In this document: positions 18,098 through 25,816 of the stretch, piece after piece
Layout: each line of letters begins with the position of its first letter
Numbering within the stretch: position 1 is the first letter of the stretch
Notes under the pieces: model-generated
Told to the model about the DNA's origin: nothing
Database searches by the model: none
The model's input: the letters and a program-made list of their open reading frames with translations, nothing else
Translations under genes and position numbers: made by a program
Assembly (NCBI GenBank): GCA_038886535.1
Contig: JAVZXS010000008.1
Coordinates: 1-27,773, forward strand
Length of the DNA stretch: 27,773 nt
Direction: 5' to 3'
Source: Candidatus Micrarchaeia archaeon
GTDB taxonomy: Archaea > Micrarchaeota > Micrarchaeia > CABMEP01

Positions 18098-18662
18098 TAT
18101 CCACCACCATTCCAATTGGATTTGAAACACGTGGAGATACTTTCTTAACTAAAACATTGTAATAATAAATTTTTTCGCTAACTTTTTCCTGACCTATCCA
18201 TATGACACGGAAGATTTTTACATTGACTTTGTATGTATCTTCTGTAATTTTTTTTGTTTCAGATGACATAATTGAAGAAGAAGAATTTATTTTACTTTTT
18301 TCTGCACTTGTTATTTCTGAATTAAGTATAGGCCTGATTTTTGCAAGATAACTTTCTGAACACATTTTTTTTGCGTTTTCAAATACATCTTTAACATTCT
18401 CGCTTTTAAAATTCGTAATATTAGAAACAAAGAGTTTTGCATACTCTTCTGCTATTGGTGCATAGTCAACCAAAGGAGTAGCAATTCCTGAAACACCATT
18501 TATGTAATATATAGGTTTAGGGCTTGATACATAAAAAACAAAACTAACAACAACCACACACAGACAAATAGCAAGAACAAAAGAGATTAAAACTGCTTTT
18601 TTTTCTCTCTGTTCAAGTTCTTGAAAAATGTTGTATAATCTATCTTTCACCATACCCTCCAT
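18069..18662 (-). CDS. traE: TraE-like (VirB8-fold) protein
   Basis: One N-terminal TM, NPIGMVVD C-terminal motif, position after traL. Confidence 0.72.
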   Translation of the reverse strand: MEGMVKDRLYNIFQELEQREKKAVLISFVLAICLCVVVVSFVFYVSSPKPIYYINGVSGIATPLVDYAPIAEEYAKLFVSNITNFKSENVKDVFENAKKMCSESYLAKIRPILNSEITSAEKSKINSSSSIMSSETKKITEDTYKVNVKIFRVIWIGQEKVSEKIYYYNVLVKKVSPRVSNPIGMVVDNVEITESNI

Positions 18663-18916
18663 GTTTTCTTAAATGGTGGAAGCCCTTTGATTTTTAAATT
18701 AAGTTTTTTATATAAAAAATGCATTAAATACCCTCTCGGTTTGCCTGCTTTTATTTTTTTAATCACAATAATTAAAGCAATTGTAGTTGCAAGAGCAATC
18801 AAAACATCAAAAATAACCTGTATAATTCCTGTCCAGATAAGCAAAAATACCACTTCTTCAACATCAAGCCCTAAAACTTGAAATGGTTTATCTATATTTC
18901 TTGGACAATTTTTCAT
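18647..18916 (-). CDS. traL: TraL-like membrane protein
   Basis: PRNIDKP..VLGLDVEE, hydrophobic core, K.GKPRGYLMHFLY. Confidence 0.8.
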   Translation of the reverse strand: MKNCPRNIDKPFQVLGLDVEEVVFLLIWTGIIQVIFDVLIALATTIALIIVIKKIKAGKPRGYLMHFLYKKLNLKIKGLPPFKKTWRVW

Positions 18917-18917
18917 A

Positions 18918-19259
18918 TTATCTAAACACTGCCTCTGCTATTCTTTCAGCAAAACCTAAAAATATTCCTCCTACTATACAGCCAATTGCTATTCCAATTT
19001 TCCCAAGCATAAAGAAAATGCCCGCTCCAATAAAACAACCTACTGCCAGTGTCTTTGCCACAGGACCTACAAGAATATTCCTCAATGTCTCTGCAAATCT
19101 GGACATTTCTCCTTCAACTCCACTCTGTGCAAAAGCATTTGTTGCCAACAAAACTACACCTAAAACAATCAGCAACATTGATATTTGCTTTGAATGTCTT
19201 TTGCACCAGAATAAAACTTTCCAACAACATAAGTCAAATTTCTCTTTAAACTTTTTCAT
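18918..19259 (-). CDS. Conjugative pilin (TraA/TrbC/VirB2-like)
   Basis: Long leader ending AFA, then GPVAKTLAV and two hydrophobic helices; immediately upstream of traL. Confidence 0.78.
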   Translation of the reverse strand: MKKFKEKFDLCCWKVLFWCKRHSKQISMLLIVLGVVLLATNAFAQSGVEGEMSRFAETLRNILVGPVAKTLAVGCFIGAGIFFMLGKIGIAIGCIVGGIFLGFAERIAEAVFR

Positions 19260-19540
19260 GTCTGCCTCCTTTCTTTTAAGATTTTTAAAAGTTTTCTGAC
19301 TGGGTCTGACTCAATTGCTCCTAAATACACAATTTCATCTTGCAAAAAAAGAAGAGAAAATGTAGGCATTTCCCATCTTTCTTTATTCACAATAGGATAG
19401 AAAAAATTAATCTGCTTCCCTTCAAGAAACTCTACTTCTGTAATATAATGTTGTCCTTCAATTTTAACTGGCTCGTTATTCTTTAATGTTTTTAGAATTC
19501 TGACAATTTCTGGTTTTGAAAGCAATTTTTCATGTATCAT
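19256..19540 (-). CDS. Hypothetical protein
   Basis: SD AAGGAGGTGA, coupled to both neighbours. Confidence 0.65.
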   Translation of the reverse strand: MIHEKLLSKPEIVRILKTLKNNEPVKIEGQHYITEVEFLEGKQINFFYPIVNKERWEMPTFSLLFLQDEIVYLGAIESDPVRKLLKILKERRQT

Positions 19541-20030
19541 TTCTTCTCACCTCCTTCATCACTTGTTTAATTTCTTTAAACATATTTTGTATTTCTTTTT
19601 TTACTTCTTGACTAATCTCTTTTGAAAAATCATACGAAAGTTCTATATCTTGTCTATTGTTCTCTTGTTCTTGAGGTGTTTTCAAAACTTCAACACGAAC
19701 AAATGTAAGCCCTTTTTCTAAATCTTCTATTTGTTCAAAAGCAGTTTTCGTAAGGTCTATTATTCTTGAAGGAAGCCAATCTGCTGGCCCTCTGTCATTA
19801 ACTCTTACTATAACATCTTTACCATTACGAATATTGACTACCCGAAGAAGTGTTCCAAATGGATAATTGCGAGTGGCACAGGTAAATTTATACGGAGAAA
19901 AAACTTCGCCATTTGCTGTATAGTAGTTAAGTGGCTCTCCCCCACCATACCAAGAAGCAAGTCCATACTCTTCGCAATAAAGGTAGGCAAGCGAAAAAAA
20001 TAAAATAAAGAAAATTTTACTTTTCATCAT
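19530..20030 (-). CDS. rlpA: RlpA-family (DPBB) lytic transglycosylase
   Basis: GLASWYG, TANGE, PFGTLLRVVN, VRVNDRGP, RIIDL motifs; signal peptide. Confidence 0.9.
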   Translation of the reverse strand: MMKSKIFFILFFSLAYLYCEEYGLASWYGGGEPLNYYTANGEVFSPYKFTCATRNYPFGTLLRVVNIRNGKDVIVRVNDRGPADWLPSRIIDLTKTAFEQIEDLEKGLTFVRVEVLKTPQEQENNRQDIELSYDFSKEISQEVKKEIQNMFKEIKQVMKEVRRNDT

Positions 20031-20205
20031 GTTTTTTCTTCCTGCTACGCTTAAAATATTCTTGTAAAATCTCTCCTACAACTCTTGAAAGAGATATTTG
20101 TTTTCCTGTTTCAAGTATTTTTTCTCCTTGTTTTTTTACAAGTTCTTTAAATGTCTCTTCGCTTATTACTACTCTTATCTGTCTCATTTTTTGTAGTTTT
20201 ACCAT
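20017..20205 (-). CDS. Ribbon-helix-helix-like transcriptional regulator heading the tra operon
   Basis: RQIRVVIS beta strand, EETFKEL helix, SLSRVVGEIL helix. Confidence 0.65.
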   Translation of the reverse strand: MVKLQKMRQIRVVISEETFKELVKKQGEKILETGKQISLSRVVGEILQEYFKRSRKKKHDEK

Positions 20206-20212
20206 ATATTTT

Positions 20213-20243
20213 ATTATTTGTCAAGTTTTGTAATTTGTCAAGT
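20213..20243 (-). promoter_or_regulatory. tra operon promoter overlapped by a direct repeat ACTTGACAAAT x2
   Basis: TTGACA (20241-20236), 17 nt, AATAAT (20218-20213); second TTGACA at 20224-20219. Confidence 0.55.
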
Positions 20244-20249
20244 AAAGAT

Positions 20250-20324
20250 AACAAGCGTAGTAGTGGAAAAAGGGACAAATTTTAATTTATAAATTCCTAA
20301 AACAAGCGTAGTGGTGGAAAAAGG
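20250..20324. repeat. Two 24-bp direct repeats upstream of the tra promoter
   Basis: aacaagcgtagtagtggaaaaagg (20250-20273) and aacaagcgtagtggtggaaaaagg (20301-20324), 23/24 identical. Confidence 0.85.
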
Positions 20325-20329
20325 AAATA

Positions 20330-20378
20330 AAAATAAAAAAGGGCTGGAAGAAGGAGTTTCCCCTTCTCCCAGCCCCTT
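20330..20378 (-). terminator. Intrinsic terminator ending the establishment-like operon
   Basis: GGGCTGGGAGAAGG...CCTTCTTCCAGCCC followed by TTTTTTATTTT, just after the vWA stop. Confidence 0.8.
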
Positions 20379-20384
20379 AATTTT

Positions 20385-21914
20385 TCACAAAATTTTTAAT
20401 AATACATAAGGCAGGTCTTCTATTCTCTCTATCACCTGAAAATACTTCTTTGTTTCTTTTATTTCTTTTGATTCTTTTATTTCGTCAATTATCAAAATTC
20501 CCCTTGCGGTAGGTAAATATTTTCGCAGATATTCTATAGAACATGTTGCCCACTCTCCATCTGTAATGAAAATAATTTCCTTCTTGTTAGGTTGTTTATC
20601 TTTAAGCACTAAATCTATTGCTTTTTCTGGGCGTGTCCCTCCTTTAGGGAACGGGACTGCATAATCTCTTGACGATATAATTTTCCTTATGTTTATCTCT
20701 TCTGCAACATCGTTAAAGTAAATCACTTTTAAATTAATTTTTGGAATATTCATACATGCCTTCGTCAGATTGTATGCTATTTCAAACGCTCTTTTATATT
20801 TTTTCCCATCTTCCATTGAAATACTATTGTCAACACAGAGATAAAGAGTTATACTTTTTTCTTCTTTTTCTTCTTTTTTCATTACAGATGGGGGGTCAAT
20901 ATAAATTTTGTTTATCTTTTTGATATTTAATTTTTCAAGACCTGCCTTGGATTCCAACTTCTTCTGTAAAATTCTCCTTAATATCCACGGTTGCACTTTT
21001 ACTTCTTTTGGGGATAAATTCTCCATATATTCTTCTAACTTTTCTATCCCCAAAGAAGGGAGAGACGAAATTGCTTCTTTTAATTCTTCTACAACTTCTT
21101 CTATTTCGCTTTCTTCTGTTTCACTTTTTTCTTCATTTATTTCTGTATCCTGTGGTGTTTCTGTATCATTTTGTTGCTCTTTTTCATTTTCATCTTCCTG
21201 GTCGTTTTCTTCCTGTGGTTCTATATCATTCTGTTGCTTTTCATCTTCTTCCTGTGGTTCTGTATTATTCTGTTGCTTTTCATCTTCTTCTTTTTCATTT
21301 TCTTCCTCTGTGGTTGCTGTATCTTTTTCCTGTTGCTTCTGTTCTTGTATAAATTTTTTAACTTTTTCGTATATTTCTTCTACTGCTTCTTTTATACTAT
21401 TTTTTAACCTTTCTCCTTTTCTGATAAGTGGAACGCTTACAAGGATTTCTGCAATTTCGTCTCTTAAAGGTATAAGTTCTACTGGTAAACTTTCTTTTGG
21501 TATCTCCAGTCCTTCTGCTTTTATCATTGCCTCTGCGAGTAGTCCTGCAAGAATAGAAACTGGTTCAGCAGAGGCAATCTCATTTATTGTTATTTGAAAG
21601 AGATTTTTAACTTTGGGGTATTTTCTCATTATAAATCTGTCTAATCTGACATCTTCTACTACATTAAAAATCTCTCTCTTTATCTCTTCTGGTATATTTA
21701 TCTCGTTTACTATTCTTTCAAATAAATTTTTTGTGTTTAGTGAAATATGCTGTGTTTCGTGTAATAGTGTAGTAATAAGGACTGGAGATATTATGTTGTT
21801 ATATTTTTCAGGAAGATAAATGGTTCTCCCATCTGTTTTAGGAGGGCCTTCATAGAAAACAATCTCTACTTTTTTTTCTGCCCAGAATTTACTTAAAATT
21901 TCAATTGCTCTCAT
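20385..21914 (-). CDS. CobT-like protein: HExxH metallopeptidase-like domain, acidic linker, vWA domain
   Basis: PKTDGRTIYLP, LLHETQH, FNVVEDVRLD; MIDAS DNSISM, GGT, FITDG; start 21914 after SD AAGGAGG. Confidence 0.85.
   Translation of the reverse strand: MRAIEILSKFWAEKKVEIVFYEGPPKTDGRTIYLPEKYNNIISPVLITTLLHETQHISLNTKNLFERIVNEINIPEEIKREIFNVVEDVRLDRFIMRKYPKVKNLFQITINEIASAEPVSILAGLLAEAMIKAEGLEIPKESLPVELIPLRDEIAEILVSVPLIRKGERLKNSIKEAVEEIYEKVKKFIQEQKQQEKDTATTEEENEKEEDEKQQNNTEPQEEDEKQQNDIEPQEENDQEDENEKEQQNDTETPQDTEINEEKSETEESEIEEVVEELKEAISSLPSLGIEKLEEYMENLSPKEVKVQPWILRRILQKKLESKAGLEKLNIKKINKIYIDPPSVMKKEEKEEKSITLYLCVDNSISMEDGKKYKRAFEIAYNLTKACMNIPKINLKVIYFNDVAEEINIRKIISSRDYAVPFPKGGTRPEKAIDLVLKDKQPNKKEIIFITDGEWATCSIEYLRKYLPTARGILIIDEIKESKEIKETKKYFQVIERIEDLPYVLLKIL
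21207..21291 (-). repeat. 39-bp (13-aa) tandem coding repeat in the acidic linker
   Basis: EEDEKQQNNTEPQ EEDEKQQNDIEPQ. Confidence 0.75.
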
Positions 21915-21927
21915 TTTCTCCTCCTTT

Positions 21928-21976
21928 GACGGGAAAGGAAAAAGAAGGGGCGCCCCCGTCGTTAACGCCCCTTCTT
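21928..21976 (-). promoter_or_regulatory. SD-proximal pseudoknot element, copy 2
   Basis: AAGAAGGGGCG-TT-AAC-GACGGG-GG-CGCCCCTTCTT-linker-CCCGTC-AAAGGAGG. Confidence 0.8.
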
Positions 21977-21981
21977 GTTTT

Positions 21982-22812
21982 TTATAATGCTTCCCCAAAT
22001 ACTACCGAGGCAATTCCTTTATATGCCTCAGCAATATCTGGGTCTGTTGCTTTGATTTTATTCAGGAAGCAACTTTTAATTGCCTCCTGTTTTCCTATCA
22101 CTTTTGAGAGTGCTTCATATTGAAGCAACTCTCTAATGCCAAATTGTATAGGGAGATTTTCCTTTTCTGATAGTTTTATTACTTCCTCATAGAATAAAAC
22201 TGCTTCTTCGTCTTTTATGATCTTTTCAAGTTCTTTTCTTTCCCAGCAGGGCACTTCTACTACCACTACTCGGGAAAGTAAAGCGAAATTCAATGGTTGT
22301 GTTCCGTAGTATACTTTCCCTGTAGGGTTAGAAGCAAGAATAACTTCTGCCTCTACTGGGAAAACTTTTGAAACTTCTGGAAGGAAAAACCTTTTGTTGT
22401 TGAGCAACTCGTGAAGGAAGAACAAATATTCTCCCTCCAGCGAGTTGACTTCATCAAAAATGACTACTGACTTTGTGGTTAGAAAATGCGTCAGTAGCCC
22501 TAAGTTAAATTCTGTTTCAGGACCTGTAGGACCATTGGTAAGTTTCCAATGACCCAACAATTCTCTTAAATTTTTGAAGTCGCAATTTACTATAAGAAGA
22601 GGAAGGTTCTTTTTACAGGCATACCATTCAGCGAAAGCGGTCTTGCCTGTTCCGCTATCACCGATAAGGTATGGCGTAAATCCCTCCTGTAATATCTTTT
22701 CTACGATGTTATAAAAGGTCCTTTCTATGTAATTTACAGAAGGGATATACTCTGTTAAATCATATCTTCTTGGATATTCTTTTTCTATTTTTTCTATTTT
22801 TATCATCTTCAT
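21982..22812 (-). CDS. MoxR/CbbQ/CobS-like AAA+ ATPase
   Basis: GDSGTGKT, VIFDEVN, ILASNP, YYGTQPLNFALLSR, GIREL; adjacent vWA partner. Confidence 0.9.
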   Translation of the reverse strand: MKMIKIEKIEKEYPRRYDLTEYIPSVNYIERTFYNIVEKILQEGFTPYLIGDSGTGKTAFAEWYACKKNLPLLIVNCDFKNLRELLGHWKLTNGPTGPETEFNLGLLTHFLTTKSVVIFDEVNSLEGEYLFFLHELLNNKRFFLPEVSKVFPVEAEVILASNPTGKVYYGTQPLNFALLSRVVVVEVPCWERKELEKIIKDEEAVLFYEEVIKLSEKENLPIQFGIRELLQYEALSKVIGKQEAIKSCFLNKIKATDPDIAEAYKGIASVVFGEAL

Positions 22813-22826
22813 TTTCTCCTCCTTTG

Positions 22827-22878
22827 GTGAGCCACAAAAGAAACAGGGGAAGGTGGCTCACGTTCCCTTCCCCTGTTT
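22827..22878 (-). promoter_or_regulatory. SD-proximal pseudoknot element, copy 3
   Basis: AAACAGGGGAAGG-GAAC-GTGAGCCA-CCTTCCCCTGTTT-CTTTTG-TGGCTCAC-CAAAGGAGG. Confidence 0.85.
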
Positions 22879-22888
22879 GTTCTTTTTT

Positions 22889-23365
22889 TTATCTTAATTT
22901 AAAAATAATGTTCTGTCTGGTTCTTAAACCTCCGATGATAGCATTTCCTGTATGATGAAATCCGTAAAGTTTCCCGTCATCAGATTTCTTGGCTCTTTCT
23001 ATTAGGTCTTCCAGTGTCACCATCCAAGAGTAATTTTCCTTTAATGTATCTATTGTCTCAATCACTACAATTTCTGCTTCTACAAGGTAATGACCTCTGG
23101 TTTCATCATCCATGTGGGGTTCTCCAACAATTAAAACTACATCTCCTATTTTAGGAGTGTAGTTTTCCCCAAGGGGGCGGAAGAAATTAAACCATTCATC
23201 GTCTTCATAATTCTCTTTGAGAATTTTAGGTAAATCTATGCCCATTTCTTCTGCCTTCTCTCTTATTTTCACAAATATTTCCCCATATTTCTGCACGCTG
23301 CTCAAAAGGTTTTGAGCATAATTAAATAACTCTGGAAAATCTTTTATTGTTATTCTTTTTTTCAT
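22889..23365 (-). CDS. Hypothetical protein
   Basis: 158 aa, SD AAGGAGG. Confidence 0.78.
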   Translation of the reverse strand: MKKRITIKDFPELFNYAQNLLSSVQKYGEIFVKIREKAEEMGIDLPKILKENYEDDEWFNFFRPLGENYTPKIGDVVLIVGEPHMDDETRGHYLVEAEIVVIETIDTLKENYSWMVTLEDLIERAKKSDDGKLYGFHHTGNAIIGGLRTRQNIIFKLR

Positions 23366-23379
23366 CTTTGCCTCCTTTT

Positions 23380-23427
23380 GTGAGCCAAAAATAGAGGGGA
23401 GAGTGGCTCACATTTACTCTCCCCTCT
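23380..23427 (-). promoter_or_regulatory. SD-proximal pseudoknot element, copy 4
   Basis: AGAGGGGAGAGT-AAAT-GTGAGCC-ACTCTCCCCTCT-ATTTTT-GGCTCAC-AAAAGGAGG. Confidence 0.85.
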
Positions 23428-23440
23428 TTTATTTCTTTTT

Positions 23441-24055
23441 TTATTTTTTGGGAAGCGCCATTAGCTCTTTTATAATTTTACTTGCTTCTTCTTTTGAACT
23501 AACTTCTGGCACTTCCACCCCTTTTTCTTGTGCTAATTTTCTTATTAGCACAAGTTGGGGTTTTGAAGGTTTTAAAGAATTTAAATTAGGAGTTTCCTTG
23601 GGAACTTCTTGGGGTTGAGGACTTTCTTTAGGAACTTCTGGAGAAGGAGAATTCTGTGCTGTTGGTCTTAAAAGTCCCCTATATGCCTTGGAGCCAATAC
23701 CCCAAAGGGATAGACCCTTTCCAAGGGCATCTGTTATGGCTCCTTTTTCAGCGTCTCCCGGATAATTTGTAGAGACGCCGAATTGAGGACCTTTGCAGAC
23801 CAACTCGTCTCCAATCTTGATATATACCTCTACTTGAGCAACGGCAGTTATTCTGCCGTTGTCCCCGGGGGTTGTAGTTAGAGATACTAACTTAAACCCC
23901 CAGTTTTCTTCTCCTAATACCTCATTGACAGCATCAATGAGGTATTGAGGTTTGTATCCCCATAGAGACCCCCAAGGTCTCTTTTCTTCCTGTATGGCTT
24001 CATCGCCATACTTTTCAAGAATTTCATTGATTTTTCTTACTTTTTCTCTTATCAT
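23441..24055 (-). CDS. Rad52/Rad22-family (Sak-like) ssDNA-annealing protein
   Basis: YLIDAVNEVLGEENW, AEKGAITDALGKGLSLWGIG..AY; Pro-rich linker; small C-terminal helical domain (S.PQL..I..L...SKEEASKII). Confidence 0.82.
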   Translation of the reverse strand: MIREKVRKINEILEKYGDEAIQEEKRPWGSLWGYKPQYLIDAVNEVLGEENWGFKLVSLTTTPGDNGRITAVAQVEVYIKIGDELVCKGPQFGVSTNYPGDAEKGAITDALGKGLSLWGIGSKAYRGLLRPTAQNSPSPEVPKESPQPQEVPKETPNLNSLKPSKPQLVLIRKLAQEKGVEVPEVSSKEEASKIIKELMALPKK

Positions 24056-24069
24056 TTTTTTCTCCTTTT

Positions 24070-24118
24070 AGAGGCAAAAAATAAAAAAACCCCCAGTGTG
24101 CCTCCGTTCACTGGGAGT
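24070..24118 (-). promoter_or_regulatory. SD-proximal pseudoknot element, copy 5
   Basis: ACTCCCAGTG-AAC-GGAGGCA-CACTGGGGGT-T-rich-TGCCTCT-AAAAGGAG. Confidence 0.85.
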
Positions 24119-24132
24119 AAGTTCTTGTTTAT

Positions 24133-24903
24133 TTACTCTATTCTTTTACAGGAAACTCCAGCGTATCTATCTGGAATTTCCTGTCTTTCAAACAGAACCT
24201 CCCAATCTGGTTCTTCACAACAGATTGGGAGATATTCACACATACCACAGAAAAAGGACACATTCTTGTAAAATGGTCCTTCTTCCATAAGAACAACCTG
24301 TTCACTCCAGAGCATTATGTCTTCCTGCCTGACAATAATATCAACAACAGGGGAAAAAACAATTTCAGGATTTTTATTTCTTTTGATGTAGATATACCCC
24401 CCTTTTGTTATTCCCGTCAGGTAGGAATACATCTTTAATTGAGGGTCTATTTTTTCTTTTCCCTCAATTAAAGATTTGGTTATTTTCCAATCCAGAACGA
24501 CTTTCTCGCCGTTCTGGATTGCAATAATGTCTGGAGTGCCTTTGAGCAACCCTATTGGTAGTTTTCTTTCGTAGGGTTGCTCAATTTCTATAATTTCCAA
24601 AGAAGCAACTACTTGAGGAATTTGAGATAGGATTTTTAATCCTATCTCTTTCAAACTTTCCCCGTCTTCCCTTTCAGGATAGACGAGGATATCTTTTACC
24701 TTATCCCAGAGGTTGACAAAAAATTCCTCTGGGTTTTTTACTTCCTGTTTTAGCCACTTCTGGATAGTGAGGTGTATATAGTTTCCAAACACCTCACTAC
24801 TTCTTTTTACACGAGGGACTAATCCCTCGTGATATTTTAGCCAGTATCCATATGGACACTGGCTGTGAGTTTTCAACATTGACGGAGTAATATATTCTCT
24901 CAT
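24133..24903 (-). CDS. PD-(D/E)XK nuclease (RecB/AddB/Cas4-like) with probable Fe-S cysteines
   Basis: SMLKTHSQCP, FGNYIH, GTPDII, VLDWK, QLKMY, CGMCEYLPIC. Confidence 0.88.
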   Translation of the reverse strand: MREYITPSMLKTHSQCPYGYWLKYHEGLVPRVKRSSEVFGNYIHLTIQKWLKQEVKNPEEFFVNLWDKVKDILVYPEREDGESLKEIGLKILSQIPQVVASLEIIEIEQPYERKLPIGLLKGTPDIIAIQNGEKVVLDWKITKSLIEGKEKIDPQLKMYSYLTGITKGGYIYIKRNKNPEIVFSPVVDIIVRQEDIMLWSEQVVLMEEGPFYKNVSFFCGMCEYLPICCEEPDWEVLFERQEIPDRYAGVSCKRIE

Positions 24904-24917
24904 TTCTCTCCTCCTTT

Positions 24918-24968
24918 GGAGACAAAAAAATAAAAACCCTCAAAATGTGTCTCCGTTCATTTGAGGGT
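24918..24968 (-). promoter_or_regulatory. SD-proximal pseudoknot element, copy 6
   Basis: ACCCTCAAATG-AAC-GGAGACA-CATTTTGAGGGT-T-rich-TGTCTCC-AAAGGAGG. Confidence 0.85.
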
Positions 24969-24995
24969 GTTGGAAGAAGATTTAAAGAGAAGGTT

Positions 24996-25047
24996 GGAGA
25001 CAATAAGAACTTCACGCCCCCAGTGTGTCTCCGTTCACTGGGGGCGT
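24996..25047 (-). promoter_or_regulatory. Pseudoknot element, copy 7 (tandem, not followed by SD or ORF)
   Basis: ACGCCCCCAGTG-AAC-GGAGACA-CACTGGGGGCGT-GAAGTTCTTAT-TGTCTCC. Confidence 0.85.
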
Positions 25048-25052
25048 TATTT

Positions 25053-25727
25053 TTAATCGCCCACCCGAGGTAATGGGTGGGTTACTTTATATACCCCACC
25101 CTTTAATAGGATGGGTTCGTCCATATGGTCTGGTGAGACCACATGGACAAAATTTTGGGAAATTAAAAGATATTCCTCTTCCGTATCTTTTTTGATACGG
25201 AAGATTTTACAACCACCACCAAAAAATTGGTGGTTGTAGATTCTACGCCTTCCCGGCGTAGAATCAAAATACTTCTGAGCACGACCCCAATAAGGGTCGC
25301 GCTCATCTATGAAACAGGGGAGTATTTTTAAACTCCCCTGTTTTATTTTTTCTCCTGTCCCGAGAATTTTGACTCGGGACAAGAGAGATTCGATTTTTGT
25401 GAGTTCAGATGGGTATATCCTTCCGTCAAGATATACCCATCTTTCTTGATCGACTCTCCACCCCCACTTATATGGGGGTGGAAAATCTCTTTCACGGGTG
25501 ACAATGATGTCACCCGTGAAATAAAACTCCGCTGACGGGCAGTATCCCCTGCCCGTCACGGCCCATTCAGGGAGACACCAATACCAGGCGCCTCCCTTAC
25601 TTTGGTAAGTTCTGCCCCTTATATAGGCAGAAATTACCTTAATTGTTCCCCACGGAAGTGGGGGACAATTTTCATCCCGGGGATACCTCGTATCCCGGTA
25701 TAAGTTGTTATTAATTAAAAATATCAT
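25053..25727 (-). CDS. Hypothetical protein (GC-richer than backbone)
   Basis: Start reassigned to 25727 (MIFLINN) after SD AAGGAGG; 224 aa. Confidence 0.75.
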   Translation of the reverse strand: MIFLINNNLYRDTRYPRDENCPPLPWGTIKVISAYIRGRTYQSKGGAWYWCLPEWAVTGRGYCPSAEFYFTGDIIVTRERDFPPPYKWGWRVDQERWVYLDGRIYPSELTKIESLLSRVKILGTGEKIKQGSLKILPCFIDERDPYWGRAQKYFDSTPGRRRIYNHQFFGGGCKIFRIKKDTEEEYLLISQNFVHVVSPDHMDEPILLKGGVYKVTHPLPRVGD

Positions 25728-25743
25728 CTTCTCTCCTCCTTTT

Positions 25744-25794
25744 GGGATACAACAAAAAAACTCCCCGTGCGGTATCCCGTTCACACGGGGAGTT
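25744..25794 (-). promoter_or_regulatory. SD-proximal pseudoknot element, copy 8
   Basis: AACTCCCCGTGTG-AAC-GGGATAC-CGCACGGGGAGTT-TTTTTGTT-GTATCCC-AAAAGGAGG. Confidence 0.85.
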
Positions 25795-25816
25795 GCTTTT
25801 CCTACACTTTTCCCTA

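Noticed and set aside
20908..21597. Long + strand ORFs opposite the vWA gene
   Set aside because: Antisense shadows of the acidic repeat linker (Ser/Phe-rich)
24070..25047. Known pseudoknot riboswitches (preQ1, SAM-II)
   Set aside because: Ligand-binding consensus nucleotides are not evident, stems vary freely, and the SD is left unpaired; an Rfam search is still needed
21928..25794. Repeated hairpins as a CRISPR array, with the Cas4-like gene as a cas gene
   Set aside because: Copies are not sequence-identical, are separated by whole genes, and no cas1/cas2 or effector genes are present; the nuclease fits a recombination module
21928..25794. Integron attC sites (AAC/GTT triplet plus a tyrosine recombinase in the window)
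   Set aside because: AAC lies in the loop rather than pairing with a terminal GTT; no R/L box architecture; the recombinase lacks the IntI-specific insertion
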